The translations under genes were made by a program, and so were the position numbers. The notes under the pieces were generated by a model. The model made no database searches. It saw only the letters and a program-made list of their open reading frames with translations, and was not told the origin of the DNA. From Herpetosiphonaceae bacterium (GTDB lineage: Bacteria > Chloroflexota > Chloroflexia > Chloroflexales > Herpetosiphonaceae): a stretch of DNA of 54,973 nucleotides. The first letter of the stretch is position 1; each line of letters starts with the position of its first letter. Shown here one piece after another: positions 28,224 through 36,442 of the stretch. The stretch covers positions 1-54,973 of the forward strand of contig JABXJS010000091.1 in the NCBI GenBank assembly GCA_013538855.1. The letters are read 5' to 3'.

Positions 28224-29182
28224 GTAGTGCCAATGCTGATCCCCATGACACATTCCGTACACTGCTGATCAAGCGTCAGGAGGAAGCGCAGCGCGAGCTA
28301 GATACGCTGACGCGCTTTGGCCGCGCCATTCACAATCCGCACGATACAACCCAGCTGTATCGCCAGCTCTACGATGAGGCCAGCAACCTGATGACCGTCG
28401 ATGCAGGCTTTATCGCCATGCTGCTGCCAGATCGTATGCATCTACAGTCCTACTTGTCCGTCGATAAGGGCATTGACTATGGCCTAGACGCACCGTGGTC
28501 ATTTCATCCAGACGGCCCAGTGGCGGCCGTGGTCCACCAGGGCCAGTCGGTGATTATGGCCGATCTAGACGCCGAGCTGACACAGCGCTTTCCGGCTGTC
28601 GCCCCAGCAGGCGAGCCGTTTGGTGATGATGCAGAGACAAGCCATTCCTGGATGATGGTGCCTATTCTGCGCAACAACGCTGTCATTGGCGTGGTCAACG
28701 TCCAAAGCTATCAAATAGGCGTCTATGGGCCACGCGAGGAGCGCCTGCTCAGTACCCTCGCCAGCATGCTCGCCATCGGGCTGGCTCAGGCTGATTTAGT
28801 CCAGCGCTTGCAGAAAGTTCGCGATGCGCTCAGCGTGCCGCTCATTCCCATGAGCGAGCAGCATCTCCTGCTCCCGCTGGTTGGGCTGCTCGATGAAGAG
28901 CGGCTGAGCCTTGTACAGCAGCAGCTGCTGCACACCATTCAAGGCTCGCGCTACCGCTTCATTATTGTATCGCTGGCCGCAGTGCAAGAGATGCGTACAA
29001 CGGGCCTGCAAGGGCTGCGCCGCCTGATCCAAGCCATCAGCCTGCTCGGCGCGCGCTGCATCCTCAGTGGCATCAGTCAAGAGCTTAGCCTGATGCTCGC
29101 CGATACAGGCATCGACTTCCGCCAAATCGAGATCACCGCCAACCTACCGCAAGCTTTAGCACGAACTGGACTGCTGCAATGA
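28220..29182 (+). CDS. GAF-domain plus RsbR-type STAS-domain protein (paralogue 1)
   Basis: N-terminal GAF-like fold (...MVPILRNNAVIGVVNVQSYQIGVYG...). C-terminal STAS resembles RsbR (SVPLIPMSEQHLLLPLVGLLDEERL...FIIVSLAAVQEMRTTG...LLGARCILSGISQEL). Confidence 0.7.
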   Translation: MSSANADPHDTFRTLLIKRQEEAQRELDTLTRFGRAIHNPHDTTQLYRQLYDEASNLMTVDAGFIAMLLPDRMHLQSYLSVDKGIDYGLDAPWSFHPDGPVAAVVHQGQSVIMADLDAELTQRFPAVAPAGEPFGDDAETSHSWMMVPILRNNAVIGVVNVQSYQIGVYGPREERLLSTLASMLAIGLAQADLVQRLQKVRDALSVPLIPMSEQHLLLPLVGLLDEERLSLVQQQLLHTIQGSRYRFIIVSLAAVQEMRTTGLQGLRRLIQAISLLGARCILSGISQELSLMLADTGIDFRQIEITANLPQALARTGLLQ

Positions 29183-30111
29183 GCGATCATCCTGATCTTC
29201 AGCCACTCATCCAAGAGGTCGAAGCGCTTGAGCGCGCCCTAGATGCGATGCACGAAGTTACCCGCGCGGTGCTTCAGCCGCGTGATTTGGCTAATCTCAG
29301 CCGCACAATCTTTTTGATCATGCGCACTGTGCTGCCCTTCGATGCTGGCTACTTGGAGCAGTACAATGCGCGCACCGATACGCTGATCACGCTCTACTCC
29401 ATCGATGAAGAGATCGACGACTTTCCCAATACGGTGTGGAACTATCGGTCATCGCCGCCGATCAAGTGGCTGATGGAGCAGCGTGAGCCAGTCGTGTTCG
29501 CCGATCTGCAGGTGGATGCAGAGGAGCGCTTTGGCAAGTATCGCAGCACACCGTTTGGCAACGTCGACAAATTGTCGCATGCTTGGATGAGCGTGCCGCT
29601 GCTGGTGGGAAGCGATATCGTTGGTATCGTCAATATCCAGAGCTACAACGTTGGCATCTATGGCCCGTTCGAGCAGTCACTGCTCCAGATGCTGTCTAGC
29701 CCGATTGCCGTTGCCGTCGCCAACGCCAGCCTCATCGCACGCCTAGAAAATCGTATCGCCAGCCTACGCATTCCGATTATTCCGATTGGCAACGATGTGC
29801 TCGTCATCCCGCTCGTCGAGGGCTTAGATCAGATGCGGCTAGAGCAGAGCGTCGAGGCCATCCTGCAGAGTGTCGTTAACACAGCCAGCGAGTACGTGCT
29901 GTTTGATCTGAGCGGTGTGCGCAGCTACGATCCACATCTGATCCGCATGATCTCTCAGCTCACGCAGGCGCTTGGTCTCTCTGGATCGCAGGCATTGCTG
30001 ATCGGTATGCATCCAATATTGATCGAAGGTCTGCTGCAGATGGGCGTTGACTTCGCCGATGTCAAGATTGCCCGCGATCTACCAACGGCGCTCCGCCTCA
30101 TTCACCACTGA
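29179..30111 (+). CDS. GAF-domain plus RsbR-type STAS-domain protein (paralogue 2)
   Basis: Same architecture as the preceding gene (...VPLLVGSDIVGIVNIQSYNVGIYG...; RIPIIPIGNDVLVIPLVEGLDQMRL...VLFDLSGVRSYD...). ATGA start/stop overlap with paralogue 1. Confidence 0.7.
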   Translation: MSDHPDLQPLIQEVEALERALDAMHEVTRAVLQPRDLANLSRTIFLIMRTVLPFDAGYLEQYNARTDTLITLYSIDEEIDDFPNTVWNYRSSPPIKWLMEQREPVVFADLQVDAEERFGKYRSTPFGNVDKLSHAWMSVPLLVGSDIVGIVNIQSYNVGIYGPFEQSLLQMLSSPIAVAVANASLIARLENRIASLRIPIIPIGNDVLVIPLVEGLDQMRLEQSVEAILQSVVNTASEYVLFDLSGVRSYDPHLIRMISQLTQALGLSGSQALLIGMHPILIEGLLQMGVDFADVKIARDLPTALRLIHH

Positions 30112-30875
30112 TGCATCATCAACGGGAGCAGGAGAAGCACAACGATTGTGGCCCCAAGGCAGACCATCAGCATCCAGTTGAGCTGGCTGGTCGGCTGCAC
30201 CAGCAGCGCTCGCTGCGCCTGAGCAAACACCGGCCGTGCATCAACCTGGAGAAACGCACAGTAGCGCAGCATAATCTCTTTGATTTGGTGCCGCGGGATG
30301 GTGTCAAACGCGCCATGCTCAAGCGCTTGAATATAGTCCCAGCGTAGTCCTGTGCGCCGCTCAACCTGGTACAGGCTCAGCCCAGTTTGCCGCCGCGCAT
30401 CGCGCAGCAAGGAGCAGCCAGGTAGCTCCGGCAGTGGCGGCGGCGGCGGCGGCAGTGCAGCGCGCTCCTCGTGGCTCGGCGCTGGCTCCGGCGTGCTATG
30501 CTGCACGCGACGCAGCACAGCCTGGATGCGGGCAAGCAGCTGCGCTTGGGTAAATGGCTTGCTGACATAGTCGTCAGCGCCCAAGCTAAGCCCCTGCACC
30601 ACATCGTCGTCGGCTGACTTGGCGGTGAGCATAATAATGGGCACCTGGCTCTCCTCACGAATGGCAGCACAGATCTCCCAGCCGCTTAGATCTGGCAGCA
30701 TCACATCAAGCAGCACCAGCACAGGATCTGTCTCGCCCCACAGGCGCAGCGCCGTTAGACCATCGGCGGCAACAACACATAGCCAACCAGCAGTCCGCAA
30801 TGTTACGTCAAGCAGACGCGCAATTGCCGGATCATCCTCGACAATCAGTACATAGCCTTGCTCAACTGGGCGCAT
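30102..30875 (-). CDS. Response regulator: REC domain, Pro-rich linker, RodZ-like HTH (XRE family) and a C-terminal TM anchor
   Basis: REC motifs (LIVEDDP..., LLLDVMLPD, ...IIMLTAK..., GADDYVSKPF). Linker PPPPPPLPELPG. Then GLSLYQVERRTGLRWDYIQALEHGAFDTIP (RodZ-type HTH). The final ~25 aa are hydrophobic. Confidence 0.75.
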   Translation of the reverse strand: MRPVEQGYVLIVEDDPAIARLLDVTLRTAGWLCVVAADGLTALRLWGETDPVLVLLDVMLPDLSGWEICAAIREESQVPIIMLTAKSADDDVVQGLSLGADDYVSKPFTQAQLLARIQAVLRRVQHSTPEPAPSHEERAALPPPPPPLPELPGCSLLRDARRQTGLSLYQVERRTGLRWDYIQALEHGAFDTIPRHQIKEIMLRYCAFLQVDARPVFAQAQRALLVQPTSQLNWMLMVCLGATIVVLLLLPLMMHQW

Positions 30876-30902
30876 GGCATCCCCCTAACCCGTTCAATTC
30901 AA

Positions 30903-33900
30903 TCAGTCTTGCAAGGCTTGCAGCGCCCAAGAGCGAACATACGGGGCGGAGTCCAGCGCCAGGCTGCTTAGAGCCAGCAGAGTTGTCGGCTCATGCCGCC
31001 AAGGGCGAAGACCGACGATAGCACGGCGGCGCAGCGGTAGAGTGGTCTGTGCCTGCAGCGCAACGTGTTCGATGAGCGCCAGCGCTGGTGTATAGCGGGC
31101 ACTGCTGAGTGTATTGAGGGCCAGAATGCGCAAGCCCTGGCTCTCCTTATCGTCAGCAAGCACCTGCTCCAACAGCTCTAAGGCCTGTGGAGTAGCCGTT
31201 TTCGCAAGCTCCTCGGCCAGCCGCAGACGTAGCGGGAGCGGCCAGGCCGAGCGCACACAACGCAGCAGCTCGGTTGGGTCATCAAGGTACTTGAGCAGGA
31301 GGTCAAGCGCCACTAGGCGCATCGCTATTGACCCTTTCTCAAGCATCTGACGCACAGTTGGGAGGTGATCTGCACCCTCTAGCTGGAGCAGCGCCCCAGT
31401 CGCGTGAAGCCGAATGCGGGTGCTCTTGTTGCTCGTATGGGCCAAGCGGCTCAGCACCGCATTGGCTGTGGAGTCATTACACAGCACCAGTCCGTCGATG
31501 GCCGGGACAGCGAGATTGGCGCTCTCGTGCTGAGCATAGCGCAAAAATAGCGGCAGCGACTCGCAGTCCTCGGCGCGCACAAGGCAGCGCAGCGCTGCCG
31601 CCGCCACATCGACGCCAGGTCGCGGCATGCGCAGCAGACTACGCACAAGGGTCAACGTAGCACTTGTCAACGGCGGATGCAGCACATCGAGTGCGGCAGC
31701 GGCCAACATAGGATCATCACGGGCGCTAGAGATTAAGGCTAGCAGCAGGCCCTCCGCGTGCGCAGCGCCCGACTGACCGAGCGCCTGCACCGCATCGAGC
31801 CGCAGCAGCTCGGGAGCCTGATCATCGACAATCAGTGTCTCTAAGATGGGTACAATCCGCGGATCGGAGCCGAGGGCCGCCAGCATGGTGCTGCGGGTCT
31901 CGGGGTCAAGATTAATTTTATCTGTGCTGGTCCACACATCGCGCAGCGTCGCGCCAACATCAGCGGACTGGAGCGCGCGTGCCGCCACCCAACGAATGAG
32001 CGGCGACCCATGGGACTGGACGGTGTAGACAAGATCGCTGGTCCCATCAAGCCGCACAAGCTCGTTCGCCAGCGCTGGCGCAGGGCCGTAGCCATCGGCT
32101 GAAGAAGCGGCCAGCAGCGCCTCGCGCAGCACATCGCGGGCGGCAGGGCCGCTGATCTTCCCCAGGGCCTGCGCCGCCGCCGTGCGCAGCAACACCGCCT
32201 CCTGCTCCACCAGCTCGCGCAGACTCGACGGCATGTCAGCGGCAGTGGTGCCAAAGGCCAGCGCGCGCCCCCAGCGCCAGCGCAGGGCCTCGGGCAGCTG
32301 AAACACATTCCAGGTTATCGGTGGATGTTCCTGGGCCAGCCGATCAAGGCCGACAGCCCATGCATCGCGCAGCTGCTGGAGCAGCGGCCCCAGCAGCACA
32401 GTGCGCAGCGCCCAAATGCCGCCCTCATCGCCAAGCGCACCGAGTGCCTCAACGGCTGCAAGCAGCGCCTCCAAATCAAGGCGCTCGTGCTCCACAATGC
32501 CCGCTAGCACCGCCAAGCTCTCATCGGACGCCGAGGTTGCCAGCACACGCACAACGGCGGCGCGCAGGGGCACAGGCTGCGCGGTTGTAGCCAGCTCCAG
32601 CCAGAAACCAACGGTCGTCGGACGCGCGCCTAGCTCGCGGACAATGTGGGCACGCAGCGCGGCCGGTAGCTCCCCCTGCATAGCCAGCTCGCGCAGGCGC
32701 TCAACACCACCAGGGCGATCAAGCACTGCGTTCACGGCCACAAAACGCCCAGCCAGCGGCATTGGCGAGGCAATCACTCGCAGCAGCAGCGCGGTTACGC
32801 CGACGCCTGGCAGCGTCGTCAGCGTCTCTAGCGCCTCCTGACGAGCGGCCCAGTGCACATCATCGCCAAGCACCAAACGCCCAAGCGAGCGCAACGCCAG
32901 CGACGGCTCCGCCGACAGCAGGGCCTTACGCGCCGCCGCCCGCAGCGGTGCCGCCGCCGCCGTACACGCATGCAGCAGGCCGGGAGCGGTGGCCTCCGAC
33001 ACACAGCCCTGCATCGCCAGCGTTGCGGCTGTGTGCACCGTGCTATCGAGATCTGGATCGCTCAAGAGCGCCGAGCCAATTTCAACCAGCGAGCGCGCAT
33101 CAGAAGGATCGTGGGGCGTTGGCAGCATAAATCGGCGTGCCGCCAGCCCAGCCGCCACCCAGTGCCGACCACTAGGCCCAAGCGCACACAGCGCCTGTAG
33201 CAATAGAAGGCGGCCAAGATCGTCGATCGGACGGGAAGCAAGCTGTTCTAGACGCGGCTGCAGCTGTGGTGTTAGCAGGCGCTGCATCTGGAGCGCCGCC
33301 ACACGCCGGGTTGACCGCAGCAGCCGGCTATCGGTGATCAGATCGAGCACAAACGGCTCAGCGAGCTGCACTGGGAGCAGGCGCACAAACTGAAGCGTCC
33401 AGTGCTCGCCCTGCACCCCACTCGCCATCTGCTCTGAGACCGTTGCGGCCACAACATCGGGCATGGCCATGAGCAGCGACCACACCTGCTCAGCATCAGC
33501 AGAGCTGGTATGGCCAAGCTGCGCCAGCGCCATCAAAATACGCGGGCCCCACTCAAAGAGGGGCACATGGTGCTCGCGCATACAGCGGCCTAACAGCAAG
33601 ACCTGCTCAGTCGACCATGGCTCGCGCGCTGTCACTGCCGCATACACCGCCGCTGGATCAGGCATCAGTCCAGTCACCAGCGGCAGCAGCGGACTAGGGG
33701 CTGCTAGCAGATCGGGCGTCAGGCGCTCAGGATGGGCCGCTAGCCCCAGGGCAGCGCAAAAAACACCAAACAGTGGCCGCTGAAAGCGTAGATGCCCATC
33801 AGCATCGATCATAACAAGACCACGCAGAGCAGCGAGCGCAGGCCGCTGCTCTTCAGGCACATACGGCGGGGCAGACTGCACAACACTCTGATAGCCAAAG

Positions 33901-34760
33901 GTCGCCAGAGCCGTACGCAAGCGGGCAGAGTCCGCACCGATCACCGGCCGCAGAATGCGCTCAAGCGCAGTTGCGTAGAGTCGCGCACGGTTAGCCGCAA
34001 ATCCGCTCTGTGCGTAGGTGAAGGCCAGCGCGATCACATCGATCAGCTGCTCGCCGATCAGACGCACGCGTGGATCGTGCAGCAGTGGCCCAAGCAGCAG
34101 CGTAACTTCCTCCTGCGGCAGCAGCACCTTTAGCCAGCCCTGAAGCAGCTCGGCGGAGGGCGGCAGCGGCTCCCAAGCGGTAAACTCAGGCCATGGCTGG
34201 GTGCGCTCAGTCACAATCACCAGCGCCAGCGCTGGATAGCGCCGGGCTATGTCGATCACCCAGCGTCGCCAGCGGCCAGCGTGCTCACCTGACAGCGCGT
34301 CCAGATCGTCAAGCAGCAGCAGCCAATGGCCTGCCGCCAGACCGCGCTCGACAAGCAGCATCGAGTTGGCGAATCCAGCTGCGCCTATTGCCGTGCGCAG
34401 CGCGACATCAGGATCAGCATCAGCCGATGGTGCATGAATCAGGAGCGGGTAGGTTGTTGCAGGCAAGGTGATCTGATGCATCGCCCACTGCACTTGCAGC
34501 TGCTCCAAGGCCAGCGAGCGCCCAGAGCCAAGCGGCCCCATCAACTGAATACGCTGAGATTGCATGAGCGCTTGGCTCAACCCGCACGGCTCGCCACCTG
34601 TGATCGGACGTAGCGGCAGCGGCAGCCGATCCAACATGGGCACAGCCCGGCCGGGAAGCGATTCCGTCCACTGCACGATAACTTGGCGTGCAAAAGCCCG
34701 TTGATGTCCAGCGCGCCGCAAACGCGGCAACAGTAGCTGGTTGAGAGGTGCAATAGCCAT
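30903..34760 (-). CDS. STAND (NACHT-like) NTPase with Arg-substituted Walker A, plus a ~900-aa HEAT/PBS-lyase-like repeat region
   Basis: 1285 aa. P-loop-like LMGPLGSGRSLAL. Walker B LLLLDDLD. STAND hhhTER motif LVIVTERTQ. Numerous HEAT-like repeats (...VRSWALQALQD, ...AVQALGQSG..., ...ALRTVL..). No N-terminal effector domain. Confidence 0.7.
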   Translation of the reverse strand: MAIAPLNQLLLPRLRRAGHQRAFARQVIVQWTESLPGRAVPMLDRLPLPLRPITGGEPCGLSQALMQSQRIQLMGPLGSGRSLALEQLQVQWAMHQITLPATTYPLLIHAPSADADPDVALRTAIGAAGFANSMLLVERGLAAGHWLLLLDDLDALSGEHAGRWRRWVIDIARRYPALALVIVTERTQPWPEFTAWEPLPPSAELLQGWLKVLLPQEEVTLLLGPLLHDPRVRLIGEQLIDVIALAFTYAQSGFAANRARLYATALERILRPVIGADSARLRTALATFGYQSVVQSAPPYVPEEQRPALAALRGLVMIDADGHLRFQRPLFGVFCAALGLAAHPERLTPDLLAAPSPLLPLVTGLMPDPAAVYAAVTAREPWSTEQVLLLGRCMREHHVPLFEWGPRILMALAQLGHTSSADAEQVWSLLMAMPDVVAATVSEQMASGVQGEHWTLQFVRLLPVQLAEPFVLDLITDSRLLRSTRRVAALQMQRLLTPQLQPRLEQLASRPIDDLGRLLLLQALCALGPSGRHWVAAGLAARRFMLPTPHDPSDARSLVEIGSALLSDPDLDSTVHTAATLAMQGCVSEATAPGLLHACTAAAAPLRAAARKALLSAEPSLALRSLGRLVLGDDVHWAARQEALETLTTLPGVGVTALLLRVIASPMPLAGRFVAVNAVLDRPGGVERLRELAMQGELPAALRAHIVRELGARPTTVGFWLELATTAQPVPLRAAVVRVLATSASDESLAVLAGIVEHERLDLEALLAAVEALGALGDEGGIWALRTVLLGPLLQQLRDAWAVGLDRLAQEHPPITWNVFQLPEALRWRWGRALAFGTTAADMPSSLRELVEQEAVLLRTAAAQALGKISGPAARDVLREALLAASSADGYGPAPALANELVRLDGTSDLVYTVQSHGSPLIRWVAARALQSADVGATLRDVWTSTDKINLDPETRSTMLAALGSDPRIVPILETLIVDDQAPELLRLDAVQALGQSGAAHAEGLLLALISSARDDPMLAAAALDVLHPPLTSATLTLVRSLLRMPRPGVDVAAAALRCLVRAEDCESLPLFLRYAQHESANLAVPAIDGLVLCNDSTANAVLSRLAHTSNKSTRIRLHATGALLQLEGADHLPTVRQMLEKGSIAMRLVALDLLLKYLDDPTELLRCVRSAWPLPLRLRLAEELAKTATPQALELLEQVLADDKESQGLRILALNTLSSARYTPALALIEHVALQAQTTLPLRRRAIVGLRPWRHEPTTLLALSSLALDSAPYVRSWALQALQD

Positions 34761-34965
34761 GAGCGTCTCCTTCTTGCTGCATGGCTAGCGTAGCGCAGGG
34801 CTAAAAGCAGAACAATTAAAATAGGTTACAGTTTGCTGACATGGTCGCTAAAATAGCCCAAGAAGGCCGGTTTTCTAATTGTCACACAGCAGCGAGGCTG
34901 CCATAATCAAGCTAAAGCAATCACCGCCGCGCACAGCGACACACACACCATAGATGAGGTTGATT

Positions 34966-35886
34966 ATGGCGCATCTTTTTACACCGCTGAAGCTTGGACC
35001 GTACACCCTGCGTAACCGGATTGTTCGGGCGCCGCTCCAGCTCCATACCACCGCCCCTGGTGGATTCATCACCAATGCGATGATCGACACCTACACAAGC
35101 TGGGCGCGCGGCGGCGTGGGACTTGTGCTGACCGAGCCATTTAGTGTCGCGCGCTCGGCACCACGCCACACACCAGGGATCTACAGCGATGTGCTCACCC
35201 CTGACCTGCACCTGCTACACGAGGCAGTGCACTCCAATGGCTCGATACTGCTGCCAGTGCTGCATCATCCGGCTGCACCACCAGCCCAGCTTGAGCACAG
35301 CGAGATCGACCAAATCATCGAGCGCTTTGAGTCGGCGGCGTGGCGGGCGCGGGCTGCTGGATTCAAAGGTGTGATCATCAACGGCGCTGATGGCGGGCTG
35401 CTGCACCAGCTTAGCTCGCCGCTCACCAACCGGCGCAGCGATGGCTACGGTGGGGCAGATCGCTCACGTAGCGCGATCGAGCTAGTCGAGCAGCTGCGCA
35501 AGCGCTTTGGGCCACACTTCCTCATTGGCTACCGCCTGATCGTCGATGAGCTACAGCCCAACGGCATTACGCTGCAGGAAAGCCGTGTCGCCGCACGGCG
35601 ATTGGCGGCCGTAGGCGTGGGGCTGCTTGATGTTGTGGTGAGCGACCATGGCACCCAGCCCGTCGCCCACTTCCCTGGCTGGCAAATTCCACTCGCCGCA
35701 GCAATCCGGGCTGTTGTCGATGTGCCGGTAATCGTCAACGGCGGCCTCGGCGACCCCGAGCTGGCCGAGAGCGTGCTGGCCGAGGGCAGCGCCGACCTGA
35801 TCGGCCTCGGCGAGACGCTCAATCGCGACCCGCGCTGGGCCGAGCACGCCGCGCATGTATTCCAAGCCACCCAGGCCGCCTCGTAG
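34966..35886 (+). CDS. Old Yellow Enzyme family NADH:flavin oxidoreductase (short form)
   Basis: ...LKLGPYTLRNRIVRAPL... N-terminus, ...GFKGVIINGADGGLLHQLSSPLTNRRSDGYGG... core, ...PVIVNGGLGDPELAESVLAEGSADLIGLG... C-terminus. RBS gagg before the ATG at 34966. Confidence 0.8.
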   Translation: MAHLFTPLKLGPYTLRNRIVRAPLQLHTTAPGGFITNAMIDTYTSWARGGVGLVLTEPFSVARSAPRHTPGIYSDVLTPDLHLLHEAVHSNGSILLPVLHHPAAPPAQLEHSEIDQIIERFESAAWRARAAGFKGVIINGADGGLLHQLSSPLTNRRSDGYGGADRSRSAIELVEQLRKRFGPHFLIGYRLIVDELQPNGITLQESRVAARRLAAVGVGLLDVVVSDHGTQPVAHFPGWQIPLAAAIRAVVDVPVIVNGGLGDPELAESVLAEGSADLIGLGETLNRDPRWAEHAAHVFQATQAAS

Positions 35887-35954
35887 CCCTCTGCGGGCAG
35901 CCAGCTATTGTCTGCTATAATAGCTGCGTCGCGCCCACAGTAGGGGAACATCGT

Positions 35955-36329
35955 ATGGCTAAAAAGATCTTTGTAATGGATGATGATCTAGCGCTCCAGA
36001 TGGTTCTAGAGATAGCGCTGCGCGAGGCGGGCTATGATGTTGTGCTGGCCTCCAACGGCGCTGATGGGCTCCAAATGCTCAAAACCATGCAACCAGATCT
36101 CATTATCTCCGATATTATGATGCCGCAGGTTGACGGCGTCGAGGCATTTCGGCAGCTCCGTGAACGTATCCAAGATGAAGGCATTCCTATTTTGATATTG
36201 ACTGCGCTCAACCACAAGCCATGGTTCAACGATCTAGAAGAAGAAGGTGCCGTCATTATGCAGAAGCCGTTTGAAGTAGACAAGCTGATTAATCTTATTG
36301 GCGCGATCCTCGACGACGAACCGGCTTAA
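35955..36329 (+). CDS. Single-domain response regulator (CheY-like receiver)
   Basis: 124 aa. DDD...D(ISDIMMP)...T(LTAL)...K(QKPF) receiver residues. A promoter with tataat inside a palindrome (agctatt...aatagct) lies upstream. Confidence 0.85.
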   Translation: MAKKIFVMDDDLALQMVLEIALREAGYDVVLASNGADGLQMLKTMQPDLIISDIMMPQVDGVEAFRQLRERIQDEGIPILILTALNHKPWFNDLEEEGAVIMQKPFEVDKLINLIGAILDDEPA

Positions 36330-36346
36330 TGCCGCCACGCTCTTAT

Positions 36347-36378
36347 ATCCCCTGCTCTTGGAGCAGGGGATTTTTGTT
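36347..36378 (+). terminator. Rho-independent terminator after the CheY-like gene
   Basis: atcccctgctc-ttg-gagcaggggat followed by ttttgttg. Confidence 0.7.
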
Positions 36379-36442
36379 GCTCTCTTAACAATACCTCGGT
36401 ACAATAAGCCGCAGATCGGACACATCCACAGGAGCGCGTATC

